Shown one piece after another: positions 47,431-55,215 of a stretch of 64,000 nt of DNA; position 1 is the first letter of the stretch; every line of letters begins with the position of its first letter. Both the position numbers and the translations under genes were made by a program. Source of the DNA: an uncultured bacterium (GTDB lineage Bacteria > Krumholzibacteriota > Krumholzibacteriia > LZORAL124-64-63); assembly GCA_963732385.1 (NCBI GenBank), contig CAVSZB010000007.1, forward strand, positions 448,001 through 512,000, read 5' to 3'. The notes below the pieces were generated by a model, which saw nothing but the letters and a program-made list of their open reading frames with translations, was not told the origin of the DNA and made no database searches.

Positions 47431-48924
47431 TTACCGGACGGCCGCGGGAGCGGATGTGACGGCGTCACCGGACCCGACCGGCTCGCGCGGATCGGCCAGC
47501 GGCAGCGTGAAACGGAAGCAACTGCCGCGGCCCGGTTCGCTCGTGACACCGACCGTGCCACCGTGCGCCTCGACCAGCTTCTTCACGATCACCAGCCCGA
47601 GACCAACGCCGCGCACCCTCCGTTCCGAGGCGCCAACCCGGCGGTAGGGCTGGAAGAGACTGGGGATCTCTTCGGGGGCGATGCCGCCCCCGGTATCGCT
47701 GACGGCGACCTCGACGGTGGTTGCGCCCGGTTCGAAATCGATGCGCACAGTCCCCTCGTCCACGTTGTACTTGATGGCGTTGGAAATGAGGTTGAGCAGA
47801 ATCTGCTTGATGCGCAGCGGATCGCCATCGACCAGCACCAACGGGGCAGAAGGCACACGAACGATCTGGATGCCGCGACTAACGGCTAGCAGCGACAGAT
47901 CCGTGATCGCATCGTCCGTCACGGCATTGAGCGACATCGCACAGCGGTTGAGGTTCACGAATCCGGCGTCGATCTTGTTGATGTCGAGGAAATCGTTCAG
48001 CAGGGAAGTGATCTCGCCCACCTTGCTTTCGATGCCGGCCAGGAATTCCCGCTGGGTGTCGTTGAGCCCGCCCGCGCGCCCGCCCGCCAGGAGCGTGACG
48101 TAGCCCTGGATGACCGAAAGTGGCGAGCGCAGATCGTGAGCGATCATGGAGTGGAAATCGGCCTTGATGCGCTCGTTGGCGATCTGCTGCGTTATGTCGC
48201 GGAAAATGACCGCTCGGGCCGGTTCATCGTCGCCCAGCATCATGGGCGACGACATGGCGGTGAGCACCTTCTCGTCTCCGTCGATCTGCACCGACAACCG
48301 CCGTTCCAAGCAGGTCTCCTCCGCCAGCAGGCGAATCTCGTCGGCCGGCACGCCCAGTGTCGTCAGGATCTCAGTGAAAGTCCGTAGCGCCGCGATCTCG
48401 CGCGGCATCTGAAAGAGATTAAGGAACACATGGCTTGCCAGCACGATCCGGTCGCGCGCATCGCAGATCACAATCGGCTCGTGCAGCAGTTTGAAGACTT
48501 CGCTCAGCTTGTCCCGCTCGCGCAACACGCGGTCCTGGAGATCCTTGATCCGCATGAAGGCCCGGATCTTGGAATCGAGTTCGTCGACGGGGATCCGCTT
48601 GGAAATGAAGTCATCGGCCCCCATCTCCAAACCCTGGATCCGCTCACGACTGCTGTTGTCCGAACTGATCATCAGGATAGGGATGAAGCTTGTCTCCTGG
48701 TACCGCCGCAGGATCCGACTAACCGCAAAGCCGTGAAGCCCCGGCAGTTCCTTGTCCAGGAGTACCAGATCCGGCAGAAGTTCCATGGCCTGGCGAACGC
48801 CTGACTCACCGTCGAAGGCGAGGTGAACCTCGTATCCCTTCTTCTCCAGCACCCTCTTGATGTACTGGCAGACGGGACGCGAGTCGTCGATCACCAGGAT
48901 GGAGCGGCGAGATGTGGTCTCCAT
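47431..48924 (-). CDS. Hybrid REC-PAS-histidine kinase
   Basis: ILVIDD, DKELP, GADDFISK; AHDLRSPL; NLISNAIKY; GVGLGL. Confidence 0.92.
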   Translation of the reverse strand: METTSRRSILVIDDSRPVCQYIKRVLEKKGYEVHLAFDGESGVRQAMELLPDLVLLDKELPGLHGFAVSRILRRYQETSFIPILMISSDNSSRERIQGLEMGADDFISKRIPVDELDSKIRAFMRIKDLQDRVLRERDKLSEVFKLLHEPIVICDARDRIVLASHVFLNLFQMPREIAALRTFTEILTTLGVPADEIRLLAEETCLERRLSVQIDGDEKVLTAMSSPMMLGDDEPARAVIFRDITQQIANERIKADFHSMIAHDLRSPLSVIQGYVTLLAGGRAGGLNDTQREFLAGIESKVGEITSLLNDFLDINKIDAGFVNLNRCAMSLNAVTDDAITDLSLLAVSRGIQIVRVPSAPLVLVDGDPLRIKQILLNLISNAIKYNVDEGTVRIDFEPGATTVEVAVSDTGGGIAPEEIPSLFQPYRRVGASERRVRGVGLGLVIVKKLVEAHGGTVGVTSEPGRGSCFRFTLPLADPREPVGSGDAVTSAPAAVR

Positions 48925-48972
48925 AACAAGCCCCCTCGCCGGACGGAGGTCCGGCGCGATCATTCCCGAAGG

Positions 48973-48999
48973 ATATCGGCACGAAAATGCCCGCCTGAA
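48973..48999 (-). promoter_or_regulatory. Possible sigma28 promoter of the REC-kinase
   Basis: TTCAG-N14-GCCGATAT. Confidence 0.5.
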
Positions 49000-49005
49000 C
49001 CCGAA

Positions 49006-50230
49006 CCTTGTGCCATCGAAATTGTTTCCATCGATCAACTATCGACGCCAGCAGGTTCTTTGGGGCCCGCCCTCAGAACGCATACTTCAGTTCATGCCGC
49101 CTGTTGCGCCCCAGTACCGGCGTGATCACCAGCCGTTCATAGTACTCCGCCCACCTCTGCGGCAACTTGATCCGGGTCCGGAACAGCCGTTCTTTCAGCA
49201 CCTCCTCCACTCGCAGCGGTCGATCGAGCATCCCCTTGAGCATCGCCGGCGTCTGTCGACATCGCTTTTCCCGCCGGTAATTCAGGTAGTTGCGCCAGGT
49301 CAGGAAGATCACCATCCGCTCCGACGAGCCCTGCCGCCGCTTCGACGCTGCGATCGTCTCCCGCTTGTGGTTGGCCTGGGCGTGCCGGAGGATCAGGTCG
49401 AGCAGGTTGATCTCGAACAGCAGGTTGTCCGCGTCCCGCCGCTGCGTTGATGGCGTGATGAGGTGATGGATCAGGCAGTCGAGCCCGCGGAAGGCCCGCG
49501 GATAGGCGCGGTGGTCGTCACTCCTGAGTGTCACCTCCGATTCGTGGGTCAGGACGGTTTCGAGCAGGTGGCGGACGTCCTTCTCGACCGCCCTGGGGTC
49601 GGGTCGGCCGAGGCGCAGTTCGAGCTGTTCGCGGCGGCGTTTCTGCTGGTCGGTCATGCGACCCTTGCGGCGCAAGGGGCTGTCGGAGAAGTACCAGAAG
49701 AAGCTGGTGTCGGCCTCGGCGAGCAGGTGGTGGTGGAAGGGGTGGTACTGGCTGAACTCGTAGGACTCGAAGCCGTCCAGGACGAGGTCACCCTGAGGAC
49801 GGACTCCGGCGATGAGCTGGGTGTGGAACAGCATGCAGTGGCGTCCGATGCGGGCGATGAGGCGATCGATGGTGGAGGGTGCGGCGCGGACATCGCGAGC
49901 GATCTGACGGTTGGCCATGCCGCCGACGGTCTTCAAGAAGATGAGTTGGGGCAGATCGGGACGTTTGAGCCAGTAGGTGGAGGCGAAGGTCTGTGAACTG
50001 AAGGAGCGGTGGCAGTGCAGACATGTAAACCTCTGGACACGGTGGGGGGCGATGAGACGGGCGAAGAAGCCGGCGCGCTTGAAGCGCCAGCCTGAGGTCA
50101 AGGTGTTGTGGTGCAGACAGTTGGGGTTGGGACAGAAGGGCGGGAGGAAACAGGTTGAGGGGTGATTGAGGGCGTCCATGGACGGGATCTGTGCAACGGG
50201 GACGCCAGAGACAATTTCGACGGCACAAGG
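49006..50230. mobile_element. Insertion sequence (IS1-like), 1225 bp, with 23-bp terminal inverted repeats
   Basis: CCTTGTGCCATCGAAATTGTTTC (49006-49028) versus the reverse complement of 50208-50230, CCTTGTGCCGTCGAAATTGTCTC; 2 mismatches. Confidence 0.85.
49073..50179 (-). CDS. IS1-like transposase (Zn ribbon, HTH, DDE-type core)
   Basis: CPNPNC...CLHC, RQIARDV..PSTI HTH, LDGFES, SDDH.AY, TPAM. Confidence 0.8.
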   Translation of the reverse strand: MDALNHPSTCFLPPFCPNPNCLHHNTLTSGWRFKRAGFFARLIAPHRVQRFTCLHCHRSFSSQTFASTYWLKRPDLPQLIFLKTVGGMANRQIARDVRAAPSTIDRLIARIGRHCMLFHTQLIAGVRPQGDLVLDGFESYEFSQYHPFHHHLLAEADTSFFWYFSDSPLRRKGRMTDQQKRRREQLELRLGRPDPRAVEKDVRHLLETVLTHESEVTLRSDDHRAYPRAFRGLDCLIHHLITPSTQRRDADNLLFEINLLDLILRHAQANHKRETIAASKRRQGSSERMVIFLTWRNYLNYRREKRCRQTPAMLKGMLDRPLRVEEVLKERLFRTRIKLPQRWAEYYERLVITPVLGRNRRHELKYAF

Positions 50231-50269
50231 GGGGCATTTACCGGATCAGCGCAGGACCTGCAGGCGCGA

Positions 50270-50665
50270 TCAGGCGTCGGCGAGGAGCAGCGCTATATGC
50301 TCATCGAGCCGTGCCAGCGCCTCGCTCTCGAAGTGCGTAAAAAAGACGGCCACCTCATAACTGTCGGCGGTCGGATCGGGTGCTTCTGGCACGCTGCGCA
50401 CCACGATCCCCTCGCATCGCACCGCCGTGGTGCGGGGCGACTCTCCCAGTGTGGGCGCGGCAACCGGCAGTTCGAGAAGAAGATCGAGCTTGGTCATCGG
50501 CTCGATGAAGTGGTCGGATTGGAAATAGAGTCCGGAGGAGCTGATGTTCAGCGTTTCCAGGCTGGACTGGCGCAGACTGCCGTCGGGGCAGGACACCTGC
50601 ACGGTGACCTTCATTCGCGCATCAACGCGTTGCGCCCGCCGCCGATCGACATTCGAACTTGCCAT
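50270..50665 (-). CDS. Stand-alone PilZ domain protein
   Basis: RRAQR (RxxxR) and NISSSG (NxSxxG) c-di-GMP motifs. Confidence 0.88.
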   Translation of the reverse strand: MASSNVDRRRAQRVDARMKVTVQVSCPDGSLRQSSLETLNISSSGLYFQSDHFIEPMTKLDLLLELPVAAPTLGESPRTTAVRCEGIVVRSVPEAPDPTADSYEVAVFFTHFESEALARLDEHIALLLADA

Positions 50666-50708
50666 CTGCCTGGCTCCTTCCCTAAGGACGCACGGCCCGC
50701 CTAACCTG

Positions 50709-50735
50709 GTATCGGCCCGCCGCGCCGGCCCTTGA
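50709..50735 (-). promoter_or_regulatory. Sigma28 promoter of the PilZ gene
   Basis: TCAAG-N14-GCCGATAC. Confidence 0.65.
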
Positions 50736-50797
50736 GCCGGCGCGGCCGCAATCATCCCCACGGGGCGGCGCTATCCGCCGTCCAGGCCGATATCACA

Positions 50798-50887
50798 CTA
50801 CTTCTTCTTGTGCCGGTTCTTGCGCAGGCGCTTCTTGCGTTTGTGCGTGGCGATCTTCTTGCGCTTGCGCTTCCTGCCGTTGGGCAT
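50798..50887 (-). CDS. Small basic ribosomal protein, bS22/mS38 (AURKAIP1/COX24) type
   Basis: MPNGRKRKRKKIATHKRKKRLRKNRHKKK*, with purine-rich RBS. Confidence 0.88.
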   Translation of the reverse strand: MPNGRKRKRKKIATHKRKKRLRKNRHKKK

Positions 50888-50984
50888 TCCCTACCGCCTT
50901 TCCACTCTTACGTGCGCGCCCGACGGAGGCGGCGGCGAAATTAAATCACCGGGCGCACACCCCCATCCAGACCATGACCGCTGA

Positions 50985-51013
50985 AGTATAAGCCCGAATG
51001 GGGCACAGGACAA
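50985..51013 (-). promoter_or_regulatory. Sigma70 promoter upstream of the bS22-type gene
   Basis: TTGTCC-N17-TATACT. Confidence 0.6.
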
Positions 51014-51022
51014 GTCCGGGCG

Positions 51023-51310
51023 TCAGTCGGCCTCGCCATCGTTCAGCCGCGCTTTCAACTCATTGGAAGCCTTGAAATAGGGCACCAGCTTGGCCGGGAC
51101 CATGACCGAATCTCCACTGCGGGGGTTGCGGGCTGTCCGGGAACGCCGACTCTTCACCTTGAAACTGCCGAAGCCGCGCAGTTCGACCTTGTCGCTCGAT
51201 TCGAGGGCGCGGCTGATATTATCGAGGATCAGGTTCACCACGACCCCCGTGTCCTTCTTGCTGACGCCCGTCTTGGCGGCGATCACTTCGACCAGCTCGG
51301 CCTTCGTCAT
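51023..51310 (-). CDS. HU/IHF family DNA-binding protein
   Basis: MTKAELV, VELRGFGSF, ARNPRSG, PYFKAS..LK. Confidence 0.95.
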   Translation of the reverse strand: MTKAELVEVIAAKTGVSKKDTGVVVNLILDNISRALESSDKVELRGFGSFKVKSRRSRTARNPRSGDSVMVPAKLVPYFKASNELKARLNDGEAD

Positions 51311-51435
51311 CGTACCCCCCCGCTCTGAAAAAGTCCCTGGCGCCACCCCGATCGGGAGAGACGCAACCCGAAACCCAAGGCCCCATTATCCCCATCGGCT
51401 CGCGGCTGACAAGTGGATTCTGACCAGTCCCGACG

Positions 51436-51726
51436 CTAAATCCCTATATCCGAAGACGATCCCCCGCCGCCCATCGCATCGACTCGCCCCACGATGACTG
51501 AGCGGATCGGACCGTCGCGCCCCAGAACCAGGGCCGCCGAACCCCCCTCATCGCAGAGCAGGACCTGTTCACCCGGCCCGGCGTCGGCCAGATCGACAGC
51601 CAGCAAGGGAGCGCCGCACGGGGCATCCCTGAGGTCGACCGGCTGCACAATAAGCAGCTTGCGGCCCGCCAGAGCCTCGTGCTTGACGGTGGCCACCACA
51701 TCCCCCACCACCCGGCAGACCTTCAC
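51436..51726 (-). CDS. BMC-P vertex protein (EutN/CcmL)
   Basis: RVVGDVVATVKH.L.G.KLL.V, A.D..AG.GE.VL..EG.SA. Confidence 0.93.
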   Translation of the reverse strand: MKVCRVVGDVVATVKHEALAGRKLLIVQPVDLRDAPCGAPLLAVDLADAGPGEQVLLCDEGGSAALVLGRDGPIRSVIVGRVDAMGGGGSSSDIGI

Positions 51727-52010
51727 GGCATCCCTCCCGGCCAGGGCGCGTAGCGGACTTCGTCCACGATGCCAAGAATGGCGGCGTCGACCGGGTTGAA
51801 CGGATCCGGCAGGGCCTTGGCGGCTTCGCGCGAGGCGACCCAGAAGACCAGATCGCCCGGTCCGGCACGTGCCGTATCGACCGCCACTAACGGATCCCCG
51901 GCCGGTTCCAGCGCAAAGGTCAGCGGCGCGATCACGAGCAGCCGCTGACCGCGCAGGCCGGGGGACTTGATTGTGGCGACACAGGTCCCGACCACGCGCG
52001 CGAGCTGCAT
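51723..52010 (-). CDS. BMC-P vertex protein (EutN/CcmL)
   Basis: [34 protein letters not shown]. Confidence 0.94.
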   Translation of the reverse strand: MQLARVVGTCVATIKSPGLRGQRLLVIAPLTFALEPAGDPLVAVDTARAGPGDLVFWVASREAAKALPDPFNPVDAAILGIVDEVRYAPWPGGMP

Positions 52011-52011
52011 C

Positions 52012-52626
52012 TCACCCCTCCGGAAGACCGTCGAAGGGGGGAATGTCCCCCAGCAGATCGCGGTCAAGCCAGCGCCGGAGGTCGGCATGGGGCGCCGGGA
52101 TGACTTCGCTGCCGACCAGGAATTCACTGTGGGCCACCGCAGCGCGCGCGGCGGCCACGGCCGCCTCCACGTCGGCCTGCGGACCGCACAACTGCAGGAA
52201 ACCCTTGCCGCCGATGCCGTGCGCCAGCCGCAGGCGATCGAGTCGCACGCCCGCCGCCTTCAACGCGGCATCCGCGGCCCGCACGGCAGCGGCACAGGTC
52301 GTGGTTTCGACCAGGCCGAGCGCCTCTCCGGCAACCCGCCCCGCTCCCGGACGCAGCCCCTCCGGCACGCCAGGATGGAGATCGGCCAGAAAAAGGGCGT
52401 CGACAAGGTGGCAGGCGGCACGCGCGATGCCACTGGCCACGGCCGCTTCGACCGGGGCGACCTCGCCGTCCACCGCGATCAGAAGGCGCCCCCCGGAGAC
52501 CGGCGCCAGCAGCGTGAGACGGACCGGCGCGGTCTTCACCATAACGTCAGCGACGACCACGCCGCGCGCCAGATCCCGGGTCTCCACAAAACCGAGGCTG
52601 CGCCGTCCGGGCGGGTTCGGTTGCAC
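52012..52626 (-). CDS. BMC-T tandem-domain shell protein
   Basis: Two BMC domains: SLGFVET...ADVMVK and ALGLVET...AADAALKAA. Confidence 0.9.
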   Translation of the reverse strand: MQPNPPGRRSLGFVETRDLARGVVVADVMVKTAPVRLTLLAPVSGGRLLIAVDGEVAPVEAAVASGIARAACHLVDALFLADLHPGVPEGLRPGAGRVAGEALGLVETTTCAAAVRAADAALKAAGVRLDRLRLAHGIGGKGFLQLCGPQADVEAAVAAARAAVAHSEFLVGSEVIPAPHADLRRWLDRDLLGDIPPFDGLPEG

Positions 52627-52639
52627 GCTGGTCCTCCTC

Positions 52640-54154
52640 CTAGACGATGCGGAACGATCCGACCAGAACACAGCGGCGCCGCCGGCAGAAGCTGCGCGCG
52701 TCGGTCAGTCCCTCACCCGTGGGCGAGGCGATCGTGAAACTTGTCGGTCCCTCGCCACCGGCGCCGAGGCCGGCGGCACAAGATCCGTTCTTGACGAAAA
52801 TGGAACTGTCGATACGCCGGGCCATCAGGCTGAGCATGGCAACGTCCCGCGAGTGCATCATCGCCGTGTGGCGATTGCCCCGCTCGAAGCGCACCGCCAT
52901 CTCGATCGCCTCCCGGACATCGGGCGCCACCACCACCGGTAGTACCGGCAACATCTGCTCCGTCCAGACGAGCGGGTGCTCGGGCGGGACCAACGCCAGC
53001 GCCAGCGGCGGGTCGCCGGTCGTCTGCACGAGGGCAGCGCGCAGGATGCGCGCGGCGTCCTTTCCAATCCACTGCCGATTGATCACCGCCGGTCGGCCGG
53101 GCCCCCTGTTCTCAGCGAGGATGGTCTCCTCCACGCGCACCAGTTCCGCCGGAGTCAGCACGTGGCAGCCGAGGGCCGCCATGGCCTCGATCAGTTGGGA
53201 CGCGATCCGCTCCACGGCCACCGCGACCTTCTCCGCCACGCAGATAATGTTGTTGTCGAACGACGCCCCCGCCACGATGCAGCGGGCCGCGTCGGCGATG
53301 TCCGCCGTGGCATCCACGACCGCCGGCGGATTGCCGGCGCCGGCCGCGATCACCTTCTTGCCCGAGGCGAGAGCTGCCTTGACGACCGCGGGGCCGCCGG
53401 TGACCACGACCAGCCGCACGTCGCGATGGCGCATCAGCGCCTGGGCCGTGTCGATCGTCGGTTCGGCGCAGGCGTGCAGAGGATCGACCGGCGAGCCGGC
53501 GCCGCGCGCCGCGGCGTTGATGATCCGGATCGTCTCGGCCGTGACCCGCCGCGCGCTGGGATGGGCGTTGAACACCACTGTATTGCCACCCGACAGCATG
53601 CTGATGGCATTGTTGATGACAGTTTCGCTCGGATTGGTCACCGGCGTGATGGCTGTGATGACGCCGAAGGGGGCGAACTCGGTCAGGGTGAGGCCGTCAT
53701 CGCCGCTCGTGGCGTCTACGGTGAGGATCTCCGGTCCGGGGGTCTTCGTGATGACGAGGCGGTTCTTCGCGATCTTGTGTGGGACCCGTCCCAGCCCGGT
53801 CTCCTCCACGGCGGCGCGCGCCAGATCATCCACCCGGGCGAGCAACGCGGCACGCACGGCGGCGATGATCTGCTCCCGCTGGCGCAGCGGCAGCTCGCGG
53901 AACCGGGCGAAGGCCGCGAGCGCCGCGGCGACCGCCGCGTCGGGATCGGCGTGCAGTCCCCCGACGCTTCCCGCCCCGACGCGCGTACCCGATACCGGCG
54001 ACGGATCGTCGAACCGTTTCCACGCCGCCGGCGAAACGACCGCCGTCGGTCCTTCCGGGACGGAATCCGCCGCCGCCGCGCCGGTCCGCGCCAGATTGCG
54101 TCGGACGGCAGCACGGATGGTCTCGTCAAGAGGAGACCCGCCAGCCCGCGTCAT
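52640..54154 (-). CDS. CoA-acylating aldehyde dehydrogenase (EutE/PduP family)
   Basis: ETGLGR, PVTNP, TGGP.VV, GAGNPP, FDNNIICVAEK, TIASPTGEG; N-terminal extension. Confidence 0.94.
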   Translation of the reverse strand: MTRAGGSPLDETIRAAVRRNLARTGAAAADSVPEGPTAVVSPAAWKRFDDPSPVSGTRVGAGSVGGLHADPDAAVAAALAAFARFRELPLRQREQIIAAVRAALLARVDDLARAAVEETGLGRVPHKIAKNRLVITKTPGPEILTVDATSGDDGLTLTEFAPFGVITAITPVTNPSETVINNAISMLSGGNTVVFNAHPSARRVTAETIRIINAAARGAGSPVDPLHACAEPTIDTAQALMRHRDVRLVVVTGGPAVVKAALASGKKVIAAGAGNPPAVVDATADIADAARCIVAGASFDNNIICVAEKVAVAVERIASQLIEAMAALGCHVLTPAELVRVEETILAENRGPGRPAVINRQWIGKDAARILRAALVQTTGDPPLALALVPPEHPLVWTEQMLPVLPVVVAPDVREAIEMAVRFERGNRHTAMMHSRDVAMLSLMARRIDSSIFVKNGSCAAGLGAGGEGPTSFTIASPTGEGLTDARSFCRRRRCVLVGSFRIV

Positions 54155-54176
54155 CGATTACTCCGTCGTGTTCAGG

Positions 54177-54473
54177 CTACCGCGGGCTCTTGGTGAAACG
54201 CACCGCTCCGTCCGCGTCGACCACATCCACGATGGCCATGATCGTACAGTCGACCGGCCGCCCGTCGGTGGCGGCCGTCAGGCGCGCGGAAGAGCCGGAG
54301 GCGTGCAGCACGACCTCACCCTCGCCCGCGCCGACGGCATCGACCGCCACCAGGAAGACTCCCTTGCCCTGCCCTGCGAGATCACAATTCTCGAGCAGCA
54401 GCAGCGTGGAGCCTTCCAGTTTGGGGTCTTTCCGGGACGCGACGACCGTGCCCACCACTCTCGCCAATTGCAC
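54177..54473 (-). CDS. BMC-P vertex protein (EutN/CcmL)
   Basis: [38 protein letters not shown]. Confidence 0.95.
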   Translation of the reverse strand: MQLARVVGTVVASRKDPKLEGSTLLLLENCDLAGQGKGVFLVAVDAVGAGEGEVVLHASGSSARLTAATDGRPVDCTIMAIVDVVDADGAVRFTKSPR

Positions 54474-54482
54474 GGAATCGCC

Positions 54483-54770
54483 TCACTCCTCCGCGACGCC
54501 GCCGATCGGCAGCGCTTCCTGCACGTTGCGGTGCGGGCGCGGGATGACATGGACGCTGACCAACTCGCCGACCTTGCTGGCCGCCGCGGCGCCGGCGTCC
54601 GTGGCCGCCTTGACGGCCGCGACATCGCCGCGCACGATCGCGGTGACGAATCCGCCGCCGATCTTCTCATAGCCCACCAGGTGAACGTTCGCGGCCTTCA
54701 CCATGGCATCGCTGGCTTCGACCATCGCCACGAAGCCGCGGGTCTCGATCATGCCGAGAGCTTCCTTCAT
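54483..54770 (-). CDS. BMC-H hexamer shell protein (EutM/PduA-like)
   Basis: [10 protein letters not shown]...[12 protein letters not shown]...GDVAAVKAA...HVIPRPH. Confidence 0.97.
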   Translation of the reverse strand: MKEALGMIETRGFVAMVEASDAMVKAANVHLVGYEKIGGGFVTAIVRGDVAAVKAATDAGAAAASKVGELVSVHVIPRPHRNVQEALPIGGVAEE

Positions 54771-54841
54771 CGTCTCCTCCGTAAGCGCGCTGCCCTGGCC
54801 CGACGCCTCCCCGGCGCCGCTACCCCTGCTCGGACAGGGGC

Positions 54842-54870
54842 ACACTATCATCCGCGTAGGGGGCTGTCAA
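54842..54870 (-). promoter_or_regulatory. Sigma70 promoter of the BMC operon
   Basis: TTGACA-N17-TAGTGT. Confidence 0.6.
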
Positions 54871-54883
54871 TTCGGGGGTTGGC

Positions 54884-55040
54884 AAATAGTTGCGCCCCCG
54901 GTCCGGAGGCGCAATACGACGGAGGGGCATAACAATGTTCCCCACTGCCACCGCGTGCCCGCCGGAAGATACCTACCACACTGAAAGCGTAGGCGCTTCG
55001 ACGGACAAGGCGCGTGCGGCGCAGGAAACATTGTTGCCGG
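54884..55040 (-). ncRNA. Candidate structured non-coding RNA
   Basis: ~115-nt irregular hairpin with several G-U pairs specific to the minus strand, then a second GC-rich hairpin and CUAUUU. Confidence 0.5.
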
Positions 55041-55046
55041 TCGTGC

Positions 55047-55062
55047 ATCAAACAGCGTGCCA
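55047..55062 (-). promoter_or_regulatory. Sigma54-like promoter of the candidate ncRNA
   Basis: TGGCACGCTGTTTGAT (perfect -24; -12 is TTGA instead of TTGC). Confidence 0.45.
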
Positions 55063-55215
55063 GAAGCAGCGGAGCGGGCCGGAGCGTCCGTTGGCGGCGC
55101 CAGATCGCGTCGGGCAGGCGGTTGGCGTCGGAGACGCGATCGGGCGGGACGCGGAACATCGTGCAATTCCGCGCCTTCAGGGGAGCTGTCGGATAGCAGA
55201 ATGCCCGCTTCCGCC

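Noticed and set aside
48977..48991. GGCACGAAAATGC as a plus-strand sigma54 site
   Set aside because: GG-to-GC spacing is 9 rather than 10, and no gene lies downstream in that orientation
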